From assembly GCA_039804865.1 (NCBI GenBank), contig JBDLVH010000027.1, positions 4,193-68,192 of the forward strand: a stretch of 64,000 nucleotides of DNA, read 5' to 3'. The stretch comes from Actinomycetota bacterium (GTDB lineage: Bacteria; Actinomycetota; Actinomycetes; Actinomycetales; Microbacteriaceae). The notes below the pieces were generated by a model that saw only the letters and a program-made list of their open reading frames with translations, did not search any database and was not told where the DNA came from. The translations under genes and the position numbers were made by a program. Within the stretch, counting starts at the first letter, position 1; each line of letters starts with the position of its first letter. Shown in pieces: positions 47,211 through 56,523 of the stretch.

Positions 47211-48740
47211 GTGAAGGAAACAAAAATTAGCAATGTAGCTGCCGCCGGTTCCCCGGTCCTCGAACTGAAAGATATCGTCAAGTCTTTCGGTGGTGTCAAG
47301 GCGCTTCAGGGTGCCAGCCTTACCCTCAATGCCGGCGAAATCCACGCCCTCATGGGTGAAAACGGAGCCGGCAAATCCACTCTTCTAAAGACCCTGGCCG
47401 GCGTTCACAAGGCAGACTCGGGCAACATCACTTTGCTTGGCAACGACTTCGTTCAGGGCAGCACCAAACTGGCCCGCGAGCAGGGCATCGCAGTTATTTA
47501 CCAGGAGCCAAGCCTCTTCCCAGATCTCTCGCTTGCCGAGAACGTTTTTGTCGGTCGTCAGCCATTGAAAGGCCGTCGAATCGACTGGTCTTACATGGAG
47601 GCCGAGTCCAACCGCCTCTTCCAGCAGCTTGGCGTGACCCTCAGCCCTCACACTCGCGCTCGCGGCCTTTCCATCGCAGACCAGCAGATTGTCGAGATTG
47701 CCAAGGCGCTCTCAATCAACGCCAAGGTCATCGTCATGGACGAACCAACCGCAGCCCTATCTTCCAAGGAGGTTGACCGCCTCTTCACCGTGGCCCGCAA
47801 CCTACGCGACCAGGGCTGTGCAGTTGTGTTCGTGAGCCACCGTCTCGATGAGGTATACGCGCTTTGCGACCGGATTACCGTTATGCGCGATGGCGCAACC
47901 GTTGGCTCGGGCACCGTTACCGAACTAGACGAACCAGCACTCATCAAGATGATGGTTGGTCGCGAGATTTCGGACCTGTTCCCAAAGATCGATGTCACCC
48001 CAGGTGACGTGGTGCTTTCAGTGAAGAACCTTGGCCGAGAGGGCCAGTTTAAGGGCATCACATTCGACGTTCGTGCCGGCGAGATTGTCGCCCTCTCTGG
48101 CCTAGTTGGTGCCGGTCGTTCCGAAGTGGTTCGTGCAATCTTCGGAGTTGACAAATTTGACGAGGGTGGCGTCACCCTCAATGGAATCAAGTTGGAATCG
48201 GGCAACTCTGCCAAGGCAATGAAGGCCGGAATGGCGCTGGTCCCAGAAGACCGCCGGCTTCAGGGTCTCTTCATGAGTGCCTCGATCGCCAAGAACTCCT
48301 CCATCACCATCCTCAACCGCCTCACCCGCGGCGGCCTTCTGCGCAAGGCAAGCGAAGTTGCCACTGCTTCCAAGTGGGGCAAGACCCTGCAGCTGAAGTA
48401 CGCAGACATCCACGACTCAGTAGACCGTCTAAGCGGAGGAAACCAGCAGAAGGTTGTTCTGGCCAAGTGGCTGGCCACCGAACCAAAGCTTCTCATCGTT
48501 GACGAGCCAACTCGAGGCATCGATGTGGGCACCAAGTCTGAGGTGCACCGCCTGCTTTCGCAGGAGGCAGCAAAGGGCATGGCGATCATCATGGTTTCCT
48601 CCGAACTTCCAGAAGTTCTTGGTATGGCAGACCGCGTTTTGGTCATGCGCGAAGGCCTAATGGTGGGCGAATACAACCGTGGCGAGGCCAACCCAGAGAA
48701 CGTTATTTCCACCGCAACAGGATCGATCAAAGTTCTATGA
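47211..48740 (+). CDS. rhaT: Monosaccharide (CUT2) ABC ATPase, rhamnose
   Basis: GENGAGKST, MDEPTAAL, LVPEDRR, LSGGNQQKV, DEPTRGIDVG; two-domain ATPase. Confidence 0.88.
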   Translation: MKETKISNVAAAGSPVLELKDIVKSFGGVKALQGASLTLNAGEIHALMGENGAGKSTLLKTLAGVHKADSGNITLLGNDFVQGSTKLAREQGIAVIYQEPSLFPDLSLAENVFVGRQPLKGRRIDWSYMEAESNRLFQQLGVTLSPHTRARGLSIADQQIVEIAKALSINAKVIVMDEPTAALSSKEVDRLFTVARNLRDQGCAVVFVSHRLDEVYALCDRITVMRDGATVGSGTVTELDEPALIKMMVGREISDLFPKIDVTPGDVVLSVKNLGREGQFKGITFDVRAGEIVALSGLVGAGRSEVVRAIFGVDKFDEGGVTLNGIKLESGNSAKAMKAGMALVPEDRRLQGLFMSASIAKNSSITILNRLTRGGLLRKASEVATASKWGKTLQLKYADIHDSVDRLSGGNQQKVVLAKWLATEPKLLIVDEPTRGIDVGTKSEVHRLLSQEAAKGMAIIMVSSELPEVLGMADRVLVMREGLMVGEYNRGEANPENVISTATGSIKVL

Positions 48741-49717
48741 TTTCCATGATTCAGCGCGCATTCAAGGTACGAGAGGTGCCGGTATTTTTGGCGCTCGTTC
48801 TGGTGATTATCATCACAGGCGTGGCCAACCCTCGCTTCTTTAGCATCTCCGGCGTTCAGGACATAACCCTGGGAGTGGCAGTAATCGCAATTTTGGCTGT
48901 TGCTCAGTCATTCGTGATTGTGATGCGCCACATCGATCTATCGGTGGGCTCCACCATCGGTTTCTCGGCCTTCCTTATTGGCGAGCAGTCTTCCAAGGGA
49001 GCGCCGCTGTGGTGGTGTCTAACCGCTGGTCTGCTGCTGGGTCTTGGCGTTGGAGTACTTAATGGCTTCCTGGTTGCCTACCTAAAGCTGCCAAGCCTGG
49101 TGGTCACGCTTTCATCGCTCTACATCGTGCGCGGTATCTTCAACGAGATTGCCGGCGGAACCACAATCACCAACACGGATGTGCCTTCATTCATCAGCTT
49201 CCTCGGACGTAACTACGTTCTCGGAATCCCCTACTTGTTCATTGTCGCCTTCGTACTGATGATCATCGGTGGCCTGGTAATGCGCCACCTTCGCTGGGCC
49301 CGCGACCTATACGCCATCGGTTCAAACCCGCCGGCATCCGCTCTGGTTGGCATCCCAGTGGCTCGTCGCACCTTCACCGCCTTTGTGATCACTGGCGCAA
49401 TCAGCGGCCTTGCCGGTGCAGTTCTTCTAGCGCGTTTCAACACCGCCGCCGCTAACTCCGGCGCCGGACTTGAACTCAACGTTGTTGCAGCCTGCGTGGT
49501 TGGTGGCGTGGCCATCGCAGGAGGCCTCGGAACTCCATATGGTGCAGTCATCGGCGCGGTGCTATTGCAGGCAATCACCCTGGCACTGGGAGCCCTTGGC
49601 GTCCCTCAGTTCTGGCAGCAGGCCGTAAACGGCATCCTCCTAATCTCCGCTATTTCGCTGGACCGGTACCTATCGTCACGCGTCAAGCCAACCCAGATCA
49701 TGAGGGTAAACGCATGA
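48737..49717 (+). CDS. rhaP: Rhamnose ABC permease
   Basis: IDLSVGS, YAIGSNP, GLELNVVAACVVGGVAI. Confidence 0.82.
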   Translation: MISMIQRAFKVREVPVFLALVLVIIITGVANPRFFSISGVQDITLGVAVIAILAVAQSFVIVMRHIDLSVGSTIGFSAFLIGEQSSKGAPLWWCLTAGLLLGLGVGVLNGFLVAYLKLPSLVVTLSSLYIVRGIFNEIAGGTTITNTDVPSFISFLGRNYVLGIPYLFIVAFVLMIIGGLVMRHLRWARDLYAIGSNPPASALVGIPVARRTFTAFVITGAISGLAGAVLLARFNTAAANSGAGLELNVVAACVVGGVAIAGGLGTPYGAVIGAVLLQAITLALGALGVPQFWQQAVNGILLISAISLDRYLSSRVKPTQIMRVNA

Positions 49718-50679
49718 ACCGCTTCTCGCTAACCTGGGACAAGGGCGTTGCCCTCCTCCTAATCGCCGTCACGCTGCTGGGCAGCTTTGGAGTTCCATAC
49801 TTTGGCTCCACCGACAACATCAGCTTCATCCTGCAGGACATCGGTGAGATCGCTCTGATTGCCTACGCAATGACCTACCTGATCATCGCCGGCGAGATTG
49901 ACCTGTCGGTGGCTTCCGCTCTCAACCTGTCATCTGCGACCATCGGCGTGCTGTTCAAGAACGGTGTGCCATTTGGCTGGGCCATTGTTGGCGGTCTGCT
50001 GACCGGTCTGATCTGCGGCCTCATCAACGGCTTCCTGGTCACTGTGGTCGGTCTGCAATCTTTAGCCGTCACGATCGGTACCCTCGCCCTCTACCGCGGC
50101 CTCTGCTACGCCTTGCTTGGCAACAACCCGGTAAACCAGATGCCAGACTCCTGGACCTCGTTGGGCTACTCCAACATTCCGGGCACATTCTTCCCCTACG
50201 TCACAATCCTTTTGGTGGTGTTCGGTGCGTTCTTCTGGATCGTGCTGCACTACACCCCATTTGGCCGCCGCGTAATCGCGATTGGTATCAATCCCGAGGC
50301 AGCCAAATTCAGTGGTATTCCTGTTGCGCGAACCAAGATGGCTTTGTTCGCGGCCACAGGACTTATGTCTGGCGTTGCCGGTGTGGTTTACACACTGCGT
50401 TTCGCTAGTGCTTCCCCGGACGGAGCGGTTGGCTATGAACTAGCTGTCATCGCTGCTGTGCTGTTCGGTGGAGTTTCAATCGCGGGCGGTGTTGGAACAC
50501 TATGGGGTGTTCTGGCTTCCGTGCTGGTGCTCGGAGTTGTACGCTCCGTTCTTCAGCTGAGCAACTTCTCCGCGAATGCCCTGCTGATCGTCAGCGGTGC
50601 GCTCCTACTCATTTCGGTGGTCTTCCCAAGAGCCAACGAAATGATTCGAGCAGGCCAAAAAGCCAAATCAAGCAACTAA
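49714..50679 (+). CDS. rhaQ: Rhamnose ABC permease
   Basis: GEIDLSVAS, TIGTLALYRG, GYELAVIAAVLFGGVSI. Confidence 0.82.
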   Translation: MNRFSLTWDKGVALLLIAVTLLGSFGVPYFGSTDNISFILQDIGEIALIAYAMTYLIIAGEIDLSVASALNLSSATIGVLFKNGVPFGWAIVGGLLTGLICGLINGFLVTVVGLQSLAVTIGTLALYRGLCYALLGNNPVNQMPDSWTSLGYSNIPGTFFPYVTILLVVFGAFFWIVLHYTPFGRRVIAIGINPEAAKFSGIPVARTKMALFAATGLMSGVAGVVYTLRFASASPDGAVGYELAVIAAVLFGGVSIAGGVGTLWGVLASVLVLGVVRSVLQLSNFSANALLIVSGALLLISVVFPRANEMIRAGQKAKSSN

Positions 50680-50705
50680 AACCAACAACAAAAACAGGAG
50701 AAAAC

Positions 50706-51737
50706 ATGCAGAAGAAGATTGCACGCGCTGCACTCGCTCTCGCAGTGGTGGGTGGACTGCTGGCAACCGCAACTCCATCGACCGCAGCTTCGACCGGCAT
50801 CAAGGCCGGCCTAAAGATTGCGATCATGCCGAAGGCCGTTAACATTGGTTACTTCACCGCTTGGAACCAGGGTGCCCAGAAGGCTTGTAAGGAAATCAAG
50901 GCAACTTGTACTTACGTTGGCCCAACCGAAGCAACCGGTCCAGCACAGGTTCAGTTCATCAACAAGATCATTCAGCAGCACTACAACGTACTAGTAATCT
51001 CGGCAGCTGACCAGAACGCAATCGTTCCTTCGTTGAAGAAGGCTCGCGCAGCTGGCATCACCGTAGTTACCTCGGACGCAGACGTAGCTGACGCATCGGC
51101 TCGCACCGTTGCAATCCTTCCATCGGCAGCAGACCGCATTGGTACCGCTGAAGTTGACTGGATCGCAAAGGCAACTGGCGGCAAGGGCAAGATCGCCGTT
51201 CTAAGCGCTGCTGCAACCGCTGCAAACCAGAACACCTGGATTGCTGCAATGGGTCCATACCTAACCTCGAAGTACCCAGGCATGTCATGGGTTGGCGGCA
51301 CCGTTGCTAAGAGCACCTTCTACGGTGACGACGATGCAACCAAGTCGACCGCTCAGTTCGACGCCATCTTGGCTCAGTACCCAGACGTAGCCGGCATCAT
51401 CTCGCCAACCACCGTTGGTGTACTTGCTGCAGCTATCGAGAAGAAGGCAAAGCACGCCACCGTAAAGGTGACCGGTCTTGGTCTTCCTAGCGACATGGCT
51501 CCATACATTGAGGATGGAACCGTTGAGCAGGTTGGCCTTTGGAACCCAATCGACCTAGGTTACGTAGCTGTTTACGCTGCAGGCCTTGCAAACGCCAAGT
51601 CGTTCACCGGCAAGGTTGGCAGCTCGTTCAAGGCTGGCACCAAGTCGTACAAGGTAGTCAAGGGTGGCATTGCTTACCTTGGTGACCCATACGTCTTCGA
51701 CAAGTCGAACATTGCAACCTTCAAGAAGATCTACTAA
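50706..51737 (+). CDS. rhaS: Rhamnose-binding protein
   Basis: ATG at 50706 after AGGAG; MPKAVNIGYF, ATAANQNTWI, GIISPTTVG, TGLGLPS, LWNPIDLGY. Confidence 0.88.
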   Translation: MQKKIARAALALAVVGGLLATATPSTAASTGIKAGLKIAIMPKAVNIGYFTAWNQGAQKACKEIKATCTYVGPTEATGPAQVQFINKIIQQHYNVLVISAADQNAIVPSLKKARAAGITVVTSDADVADASARTVAILPSAADRIGTAEVDWIAKATGGKGKIAVLSAAATAANQNTWIAAMGPYLTSKYPGMSWVGGTVAKSTFYGDDDATKSTAQFDAILAQYPDVAGIISPTTVGVLAAAIEKKAKHATVKVTGLGLPSDMAPYIEDGTVEQVGLWNPIDLGYVAVYAAGLANAKSFTGKVGSSFKAGTKSYKVVKGGIAYLGDPYVFDKSNIATFKKIY

Positions 51738-51766
51738 GCCTCTATCGGCCTAAAAAGAAATTCGCG

Positions 51767-51803
51767 AGTGCTGCGGTGGGTTCTCCCACCGCAGCACTTT
51801 TTT
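51767..51803 (+). terminator. Intrinsic terminator between rhaS and rhaM
   Basis: AGTGCTGCGGTGGG-TTCT-CCCACCGCAGCACT followed by a T tract. Confidence 0.75.
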
Positions 51804-51818
51804 AAGAAAGATAAGTAA

Positions 51819-52142
51819 ATGGAACGAATCGGTTTTCGACTGAAACTAAAGGCTCACCTACTGGACGAGTACGTTGAGCACCACAAGAACGTTTGGCCCG
51901 AGATGCTGGCCGCACTGAGTGCCACCGGCTGGACTAACTACTCGCTGTTCCTAGACCGCGATGACGCAAGCCTCTTTGGGTACTTTGAAACCCCAGATTT
52001 GCAGGCCGCCTTGGATGGTATGGCCGCCACCGAAATCAACGAAAAGTGGCAGGCCTTTATGGGCCCATACTTTGAAGAACTTGAGGGTCAGCGCCCAGAT
52101 GAAGGCTTCAAGCGCCTTGATCAGGTGTTCTTCCTGCAATAA
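51819..52142 (+). CDS. rhaM: L-rhamnose mutarotase
   Basis: EYVEHHKNVWPEML, NYSLFL, LFGYFE, KWQAFM. Confidence 0.92.
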   Translation: MERIGFRLKLKAHLLDEYVEHHKNVWPEMLAALSATGWTNYSLFLDRDDASLFGYFETPDLQAALDGMAATEINEKWQAFMGPYFEELEGQRPDEGFKRLDQVFFLQ

Positions 52143-52153
52143 TGAGGACAATG

Positions 52154-52190
52154 AAAATGGAGGCAACCGTTGCGGATGCCTCCATTTTTT
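52154..52190. terminator. Bidirectional intrinsic terminator
   Basis: AAAATGGAGGCAACCG-TTG-CGGATGCCTCCATTTTTT. Confidence 0.85.
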
Positions 52191-52200
52191 GTTGCAAGAA

Positions 52201-53646
52201 CTAGTGCATCGCCGGCGCGGTTGGTGCAGCGCCTTCAACGTTCTGGGGTGCCTTTACCCAGAACACCAGCACCACGGCGATGAGCGACATTATTGCGCCA
52301 GCCAAGAATGCGATGTGCATGCCCGCCGCGGCGGCAGCGGTGTCGCTTGAGCCCTGCGAGATCTGGGCAACCGACACCTGAGTTAGCAGGGTGACAAACA
52401 GCGCGGTGCCCGCGGCACCGGCGATCTGCTGCATGGTTCCCAGAATTGCCGAGGCGTGGCCGTAAAGCTTGGCCGGCACAGCGCTCAGCGAGAGCGTGAA
52501 CATCGGGGTGAACAGCAGGGCCAGACCTACGCTCATGATGATGTGTGCAGCCGGCACCAGCCACAGTGGAGTGTTCTGCCCAAAGGTAGCCATAATCCAC
52601 AGCGAGGTGCTGGTGATGATTGCGCCAGGGATGATGAGGAAGCGTGGGCCGTGGCTGTCGTAGTAACGACCGGTGATGGGGCCAAGGAAACCCATCAGCA
52701 GGCCACCAGGCAGCAGGAACAAACCGGTTACCAGCGGAGTAACGCCCAGCACGTTCTGCATGTAGATAGGAAGCAGGATCACCACACCAAACATGCTGAC
52801 CATGGCCAAAACGAAGATGGTCTGAATCTGGGCAAAGTGCGGTGCCAGGAACACGCGCAGGTCTAGCAGAGCCGAATCGGTCTTCTGCAAAACAATTTGG
52901 CGCCAGATGAAAAGCTCCATCATCACCAGGCCGGCAGTTAGCGGAATACCCGGAGCGATTGGGGCGGTGCCACGGGCAGCATCACCGAAGTCGCTTAGGC
53001 CATAGATGGTGCCACCGAAGGCAAGCGCAGCAAGTGCCACCGACACGAAGTCCAGGCTGATTCGCTGGCTATCGGTGTGGTTATGAATCTTGGAGCCGCC
53101 GATTACGAGCGCGCCCACCGCGATTGGAAGTACCAACCAGAAGATGGCTCGCCAGTCGGCGAAGCTGAGCACGAGACCGGAGATGGTTGGGCCCAGGGCC
53201 GGCGCAAGTGACATCACGATGGAGACGGTTCCCATGATCTTGCCGCGGCTGTGTTCTGGGACCACCTGCATGATGGTGGTCATGGTCAGCGGCATCATGA
53301 TTGCAGTTCCGCAGGCCTGCAGAACTCGGCCAAGTAGTAGCAGTTCGAAGTTGCCCGAAACTGCGGCCATCAGGGTGCCCAGCGAGAACAGCGTGAGGGC
53401 AAGGATGTAAACCATGCGGGTGGATAGACGCTGCATGATCCAGCCGGTGGTTGGAATCACAACCGCCATGGTCAGCATAAATGCGGTGGTCAGCCACTGA
53501 CCGGTGGAGGGCTCAATCCTCAACTGCTTCATGATGTCTGGCAGCGCAACACCAAGGATGGTCTCGTTTAGGAAGGTGACGAAGGACGCCACCAAGAGAA
53601 CCGCGATGATGGTTTTTGATTCGCGTGGAAGTTTGTGGTCAGTCAC
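52201..53646 (-). CDS. DHA2-family MFS efflux transporter (LmrB-like)
   Basis: FLNETIL, QWLTTAFMLTM, GRVLQACG, APALGPTISG, WRAIF, LLDLRVF; likely GTG start at 53646 downstream of purM. Confidence 0.88.
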   Translation of the reverse strand: MTDHKLPRESKTIIAVLLVASFVTFLNETILGVALPDIMKQLRIEPSTGQWLTTAFMLTMAVVIPTTGWIMQRLSTRMVYILALTLFSLGTLMAAVSGNFELLLLGRVLQACGTAIMMPLTMTTIMQVVPEHSRGKIMGTVSIVMSLAPALGPTISGLVLSFADWRAIFWLVLPIAVGALVIGGSKIHNHTDSQRISLDFVSVALAALAFGGTIYGLSDFGDAARGTAPIAPGIPLTAGLVMMELFIWRQIVLQKTDSALLDLRVFLAPHFAQIQTIFVLAMVSMFGVVILLPIYMQNVLGVTPLVTGLFLLPGGLLMGFLGPITGRYYDSHGPRFLIIPGAIITSTSLWIMATFGQNTPLWLVPAAHIIMSVGLALLFTPMFTLSLSAVPAKLYGHASAILGTMQQIAGAAGTALFVTLLTQVSVAQISQGSSDTAAAAAGMHIAFLAGAIMSLIAVVLVFWVKAPQNVEGAAPTAPAMH

Positions 53647-53689
53647 GTTGTGCGTCGATTCTTTTTCAGTGGACGCGGTATCTTGCGCC

Positions 53690-54799
53690 TTATTGGGCAT
53701 AGTTGCCAACCAGACGCACGCCGCCACCACGAACGCCCTTGGCTTCGTAGGTGTAGCCCATTGCGTCTAGATCGCAAGCGGTGCTCTCGATGATGCCCAG
53801 CTGCCAGGTGCGAATGCCCTCGGCGTTTAGCTGTGCACTGATGGCCTCCGCGGCCGAACCCTTGACCACAACGGCAAAGCCGAGGCCCAAGTTCCAGGTG
53901 CTCTCCAGATCCTTGAGGTCGTAGCCGCCCCAGCCCGCAACCACCGAGAACATGTCCAGCGGCTTCCAGGTGGAACGCTCAACATCGAGGGTCACGTACT
54001 CAGGCAGAATGCGCGAAAGGTTGGCAGCAATGCCACCGCCGGTGATGTGACTCATGGCGTGCACGTATTGGCCCAGCTCGCCCTCAACCAGGCGGTTTAG
54101 GACACCGGTGTAGAGACGGGTTGGGGTAAGCAGAACCTCACCCAGCGAGTGGGCCGAACCGAACTCATCAACGGTCTGGGTGTAGCTGAAGCCCTTGTCC
54201 GAAACAATCTTGCGCACCAGCGAGTAGCCGTTGCTGTGGAAGCCAGAGGCCTCAAGACCAAGGACAACGTCTCCGGTCTGAACGCGACCGGCTGAAAGCA
54301 GCTTGGAGGCATCAACCACACCGGTGGCGGCACCGGCAACGTCGTACTCGCCTGGGCCAAGAAGCCCAGGGTGCTCGGCGGTCTCGCCACCAACGAGGGC
54401 AACGTCAACTGCGCTGCAAGCCTCGGCGATGCCGCGAACGATGTCTGCGATGCGCTGTGGCACAACCTTGCCGCAGGCAATGTAGTCGGTCATGAATAGG
54501 CTGCGGGCACCGGTGACGATGATGTCGTCGACAACCATGCCCACTAGGTCTTGGCCAATGGTGTCGTGCTTATCGATGGCCTGAGCGATGGCCACCTTGG
54601 TGCCAACGCCATCGGTGCTGGTTGCCAACAGCGGGCGCTCGTAGCTCTTGAGGAACGAGACGTCCATCATGCCGGCGAAGCCACCAAGGCCACCGACAAC
54701 CAGATTGTTGTGGGTTGCCGAGACGGCCTTCTTCATCAGTTCGACTGCGAGGTCTCCGGCTTCGGTGTCTACACCGCTGGCAGCGTAAGCGTTGCTCAT
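53690..54799 (-). CDS. purM: Phosphoribosylformylglycinamidine cyclo-ligase
   Basis: YAASGVD, STDGVGTK, LVGGETAEHPG, HSNGYSL, HITGGG. Confidence 0.96.
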   Translation of the reverse strand: MSNAYAASGVDTEAGDLAVELMKKAVSATHNNLVVGGLGGFAGMMDVSFLKSYERPLLATSTDGVGTKVAIAQAIDKHDTIGQDLVGMVVDDIIVTGARSLFMTDYIACGKVVPQRIADIVRGIAEACSAVDVALVGGETAEHPGLLGPGEYDVAGAATGVVDASKLLSAGRVQTGDVVLGLEASGFHSNGYSLVRKIVSDKGFSYTQTVDEFGSAHSLGEVLLTPTRLYTGVLNRLVEGELGQYVHAMSHITGGGIAANLSRILPEYVTLDVERSTWKPLDMFSVVAGWGGYDLKDLESTWNLGLGFAVVVKGSAAEAISAQLNAEGIRTWQLGIIESTACDLDAMGYTYEAKGVRGGGVRLVGNYAQ

Positions 54800-54832
54800 G
54801 TTGGCCTATCTGGTTATGGAAGTTTGAAAGTC

Positions 54833-56371
54833 TTAGTCGTTTAGGGTTTCAGACTGCGCACGAAGCAGGGCGTCGGTTTCGCTGTCTGGGCCAGGGTTGC
54901 AGGCCTCGGCATCGCGCTCCAGCAGGTTCTTGCCCAGGCGGTCTGCGGTTGGCAGCTCGATTGGGTAGGTTCCGGTGAAGCAGGCGGTGCAAAGCTCGCT
55001 CTCCTGCTGCTGGGTTGCGGCAATCATGCCGTCCTTGCTGATGTAGCCAAGGGTGTCGGCACCGATGCTCTTGCAGACGTCTTCAACACCGAGGCCGGTG
55101 GCGATTAGCTCGGCGCGAGTGGCGAAGTCGATTCCGTAGAAGCACGGCCAGGTGATTGGAGGCGAAGAAATGCGGATGTGGATCTCGGCGGCTCCGGCCT
55201 CGCGCAGCATCTGCACCAGCGCACGCTGGGTGTTGCCACGAACGATGGAGTCGTCGACGACCACAATCTTCTTGCCGCGGATTACGTCCTTCAGCGGGTT
55301 GAGCTTTAGGCGGATACCACGCTGACGAATGGTCTGCGATGGCTGAATGAAGGTGCGGCCAACGTAGGCGTTCTTCACCAGGCCGTGGCCAAATGGAATA
55401 CCCGACTGCTGCGAGAAACCGATGGCGGCTGGAGTGCCAGACTCTGGGGTTGGAATTACGAGGTCGGCGTCAACCGGATACTCGCGAGCCAACTGACGAC
55501 CCATTTCAACGCGCGATTCGTATACGCCGCGGCCGTTGATGGTGGTGTCTGGGCGGGCCAGGTAAACGTACTCAAATACGCAACCGGCGCGCTTGGCCTC
55601 TGCGAAGCGCTGCGAGCGTAGACCGTTTTCATCGATGGCGATTAGCTCGCCTGGCTCAACTTCGCGAACGAACGAAGCACCCACGATGTCGAGGGCAGCG
55701 GTCTCGGATGCAACTACCCAGCCGCGCTCGAGGCGACCAAGAACCAGCGGACGAACGCCCTGTGGGTCTCGTGCTGCATAGAGAGTGGTCTCGTCCATGA
55801 ACGCCAAGCAGAAGGCGCCCTTTACGCGAGGAAGTAGTTCGAGGGCGGTTGCCTCGAGGGTGTGGTCCAGGTCGCCGGCCATCAGTGCGGTAAGAACAGC
55901 GGTGTCGGTGGTGTTACCACCGGTGATCTCGTTGCTCTCCTGGCCTGGGTAGCGCTCTTTGAGCAGATCTAGCAGGTCTGCGGTGTTGGTGAGGTTACCG
56001 TTGTGGGCCAGCGCCACGGTGCCGCTTGAAGTGCGACCCAGGGTTGGCTGGGCATTGCGCCACGATGACGAACCGGTGGTGCTGTAACGGTTGTGGCCGA
56101 TGGCGATGTGACCAACGAGCGACTCAAGTGCGCTCTCGGAGAAGACCTGGGAAACCAGACCCATGTCTTTGTAAACCAAAATTTTGGAGCCATCGGAGGT
56201 AGCAATACCGGCGGATTCTTGACCGCGGTGCTGAAGCGAATAAAGCGCAAAGAAGGCCAGCTTGGCTACCTCTTCGCCCGGTGCCCAAACTCCAAATACG
56301 CCGCACTGATCCTGAGGACCCTTTTCGTCAGGTAGCAGATCGTGATTTAGAAGTCCATCGCCTCGCAGCAC
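54833..56371 (-). CDS. purF: Amidophosphoribosyltransferase
   Basis: CGVFG after propeptide, QHRGQESAG, HNGNL, CVFEYVY, VDDSIVRGNT, CTACF. Confidence 0.96.
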   Translation of the reverse strand: MLRGDGLLNHDLLPDEKGPQDQCGVFGVWAPGEEVAKLAFFALYSLQHRGQESAGIATSDGSKILVYKDMGLVSQVFSESALESLVGHIAIGHNRYSTTGSSSWRNAQPTLGRTSSGTVALAHNGNLTNTADLLDLLKERYPGQESNEITGGNTTDTAVLTALMAGDLDHTLEATALELLPRVKGAFCLAFMDETTLYAARDPQGVRPLVLGRLERGWVVASETAALDIVGASFVREVEPGELIAIDENGLRSQRFAEAKRAGCVFEYVYLARPDTTINGRGVYESRVEMGRQLAREYPVDADLVIPTPESGTPAAIGFSQQSGIPFGHGLVKNAYVGRTFIQPSQTIRQRGIRLKLNPLKDVIRGKKIVVVDDSIVRGNTQRALVQMLREAGAAEIHIRISSPPITWPCFYGIDFATRAELIATGLGVEDVCKSIGADTLGYISKDGMIAATQQQESELCTACFTGTYPIELPTADRLGKNLLERDAEACNPGPDSETDALLRAQSETLND

Positions 56372-56523
56372 GGCATCCCCATTCTCTATTCAGGCCCGAG
56401 TGGGGTCGGGAGTTTGAGTGGCTTTACCAGATAAGTTTACCCGTTGCAGCCTTAATCTTTACCCCTTAAATAAACCGAGGGATGCCCAAAAGACATCCCT
56501 CGATTTTGAAGCTGATTCTGGAC

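Noticed and set aside
53647-53730. MFS ORF overlapping the purM 3' end
   Set aside because: A GTG at 53646 gives a normal-length DHA2 protein without overlap.
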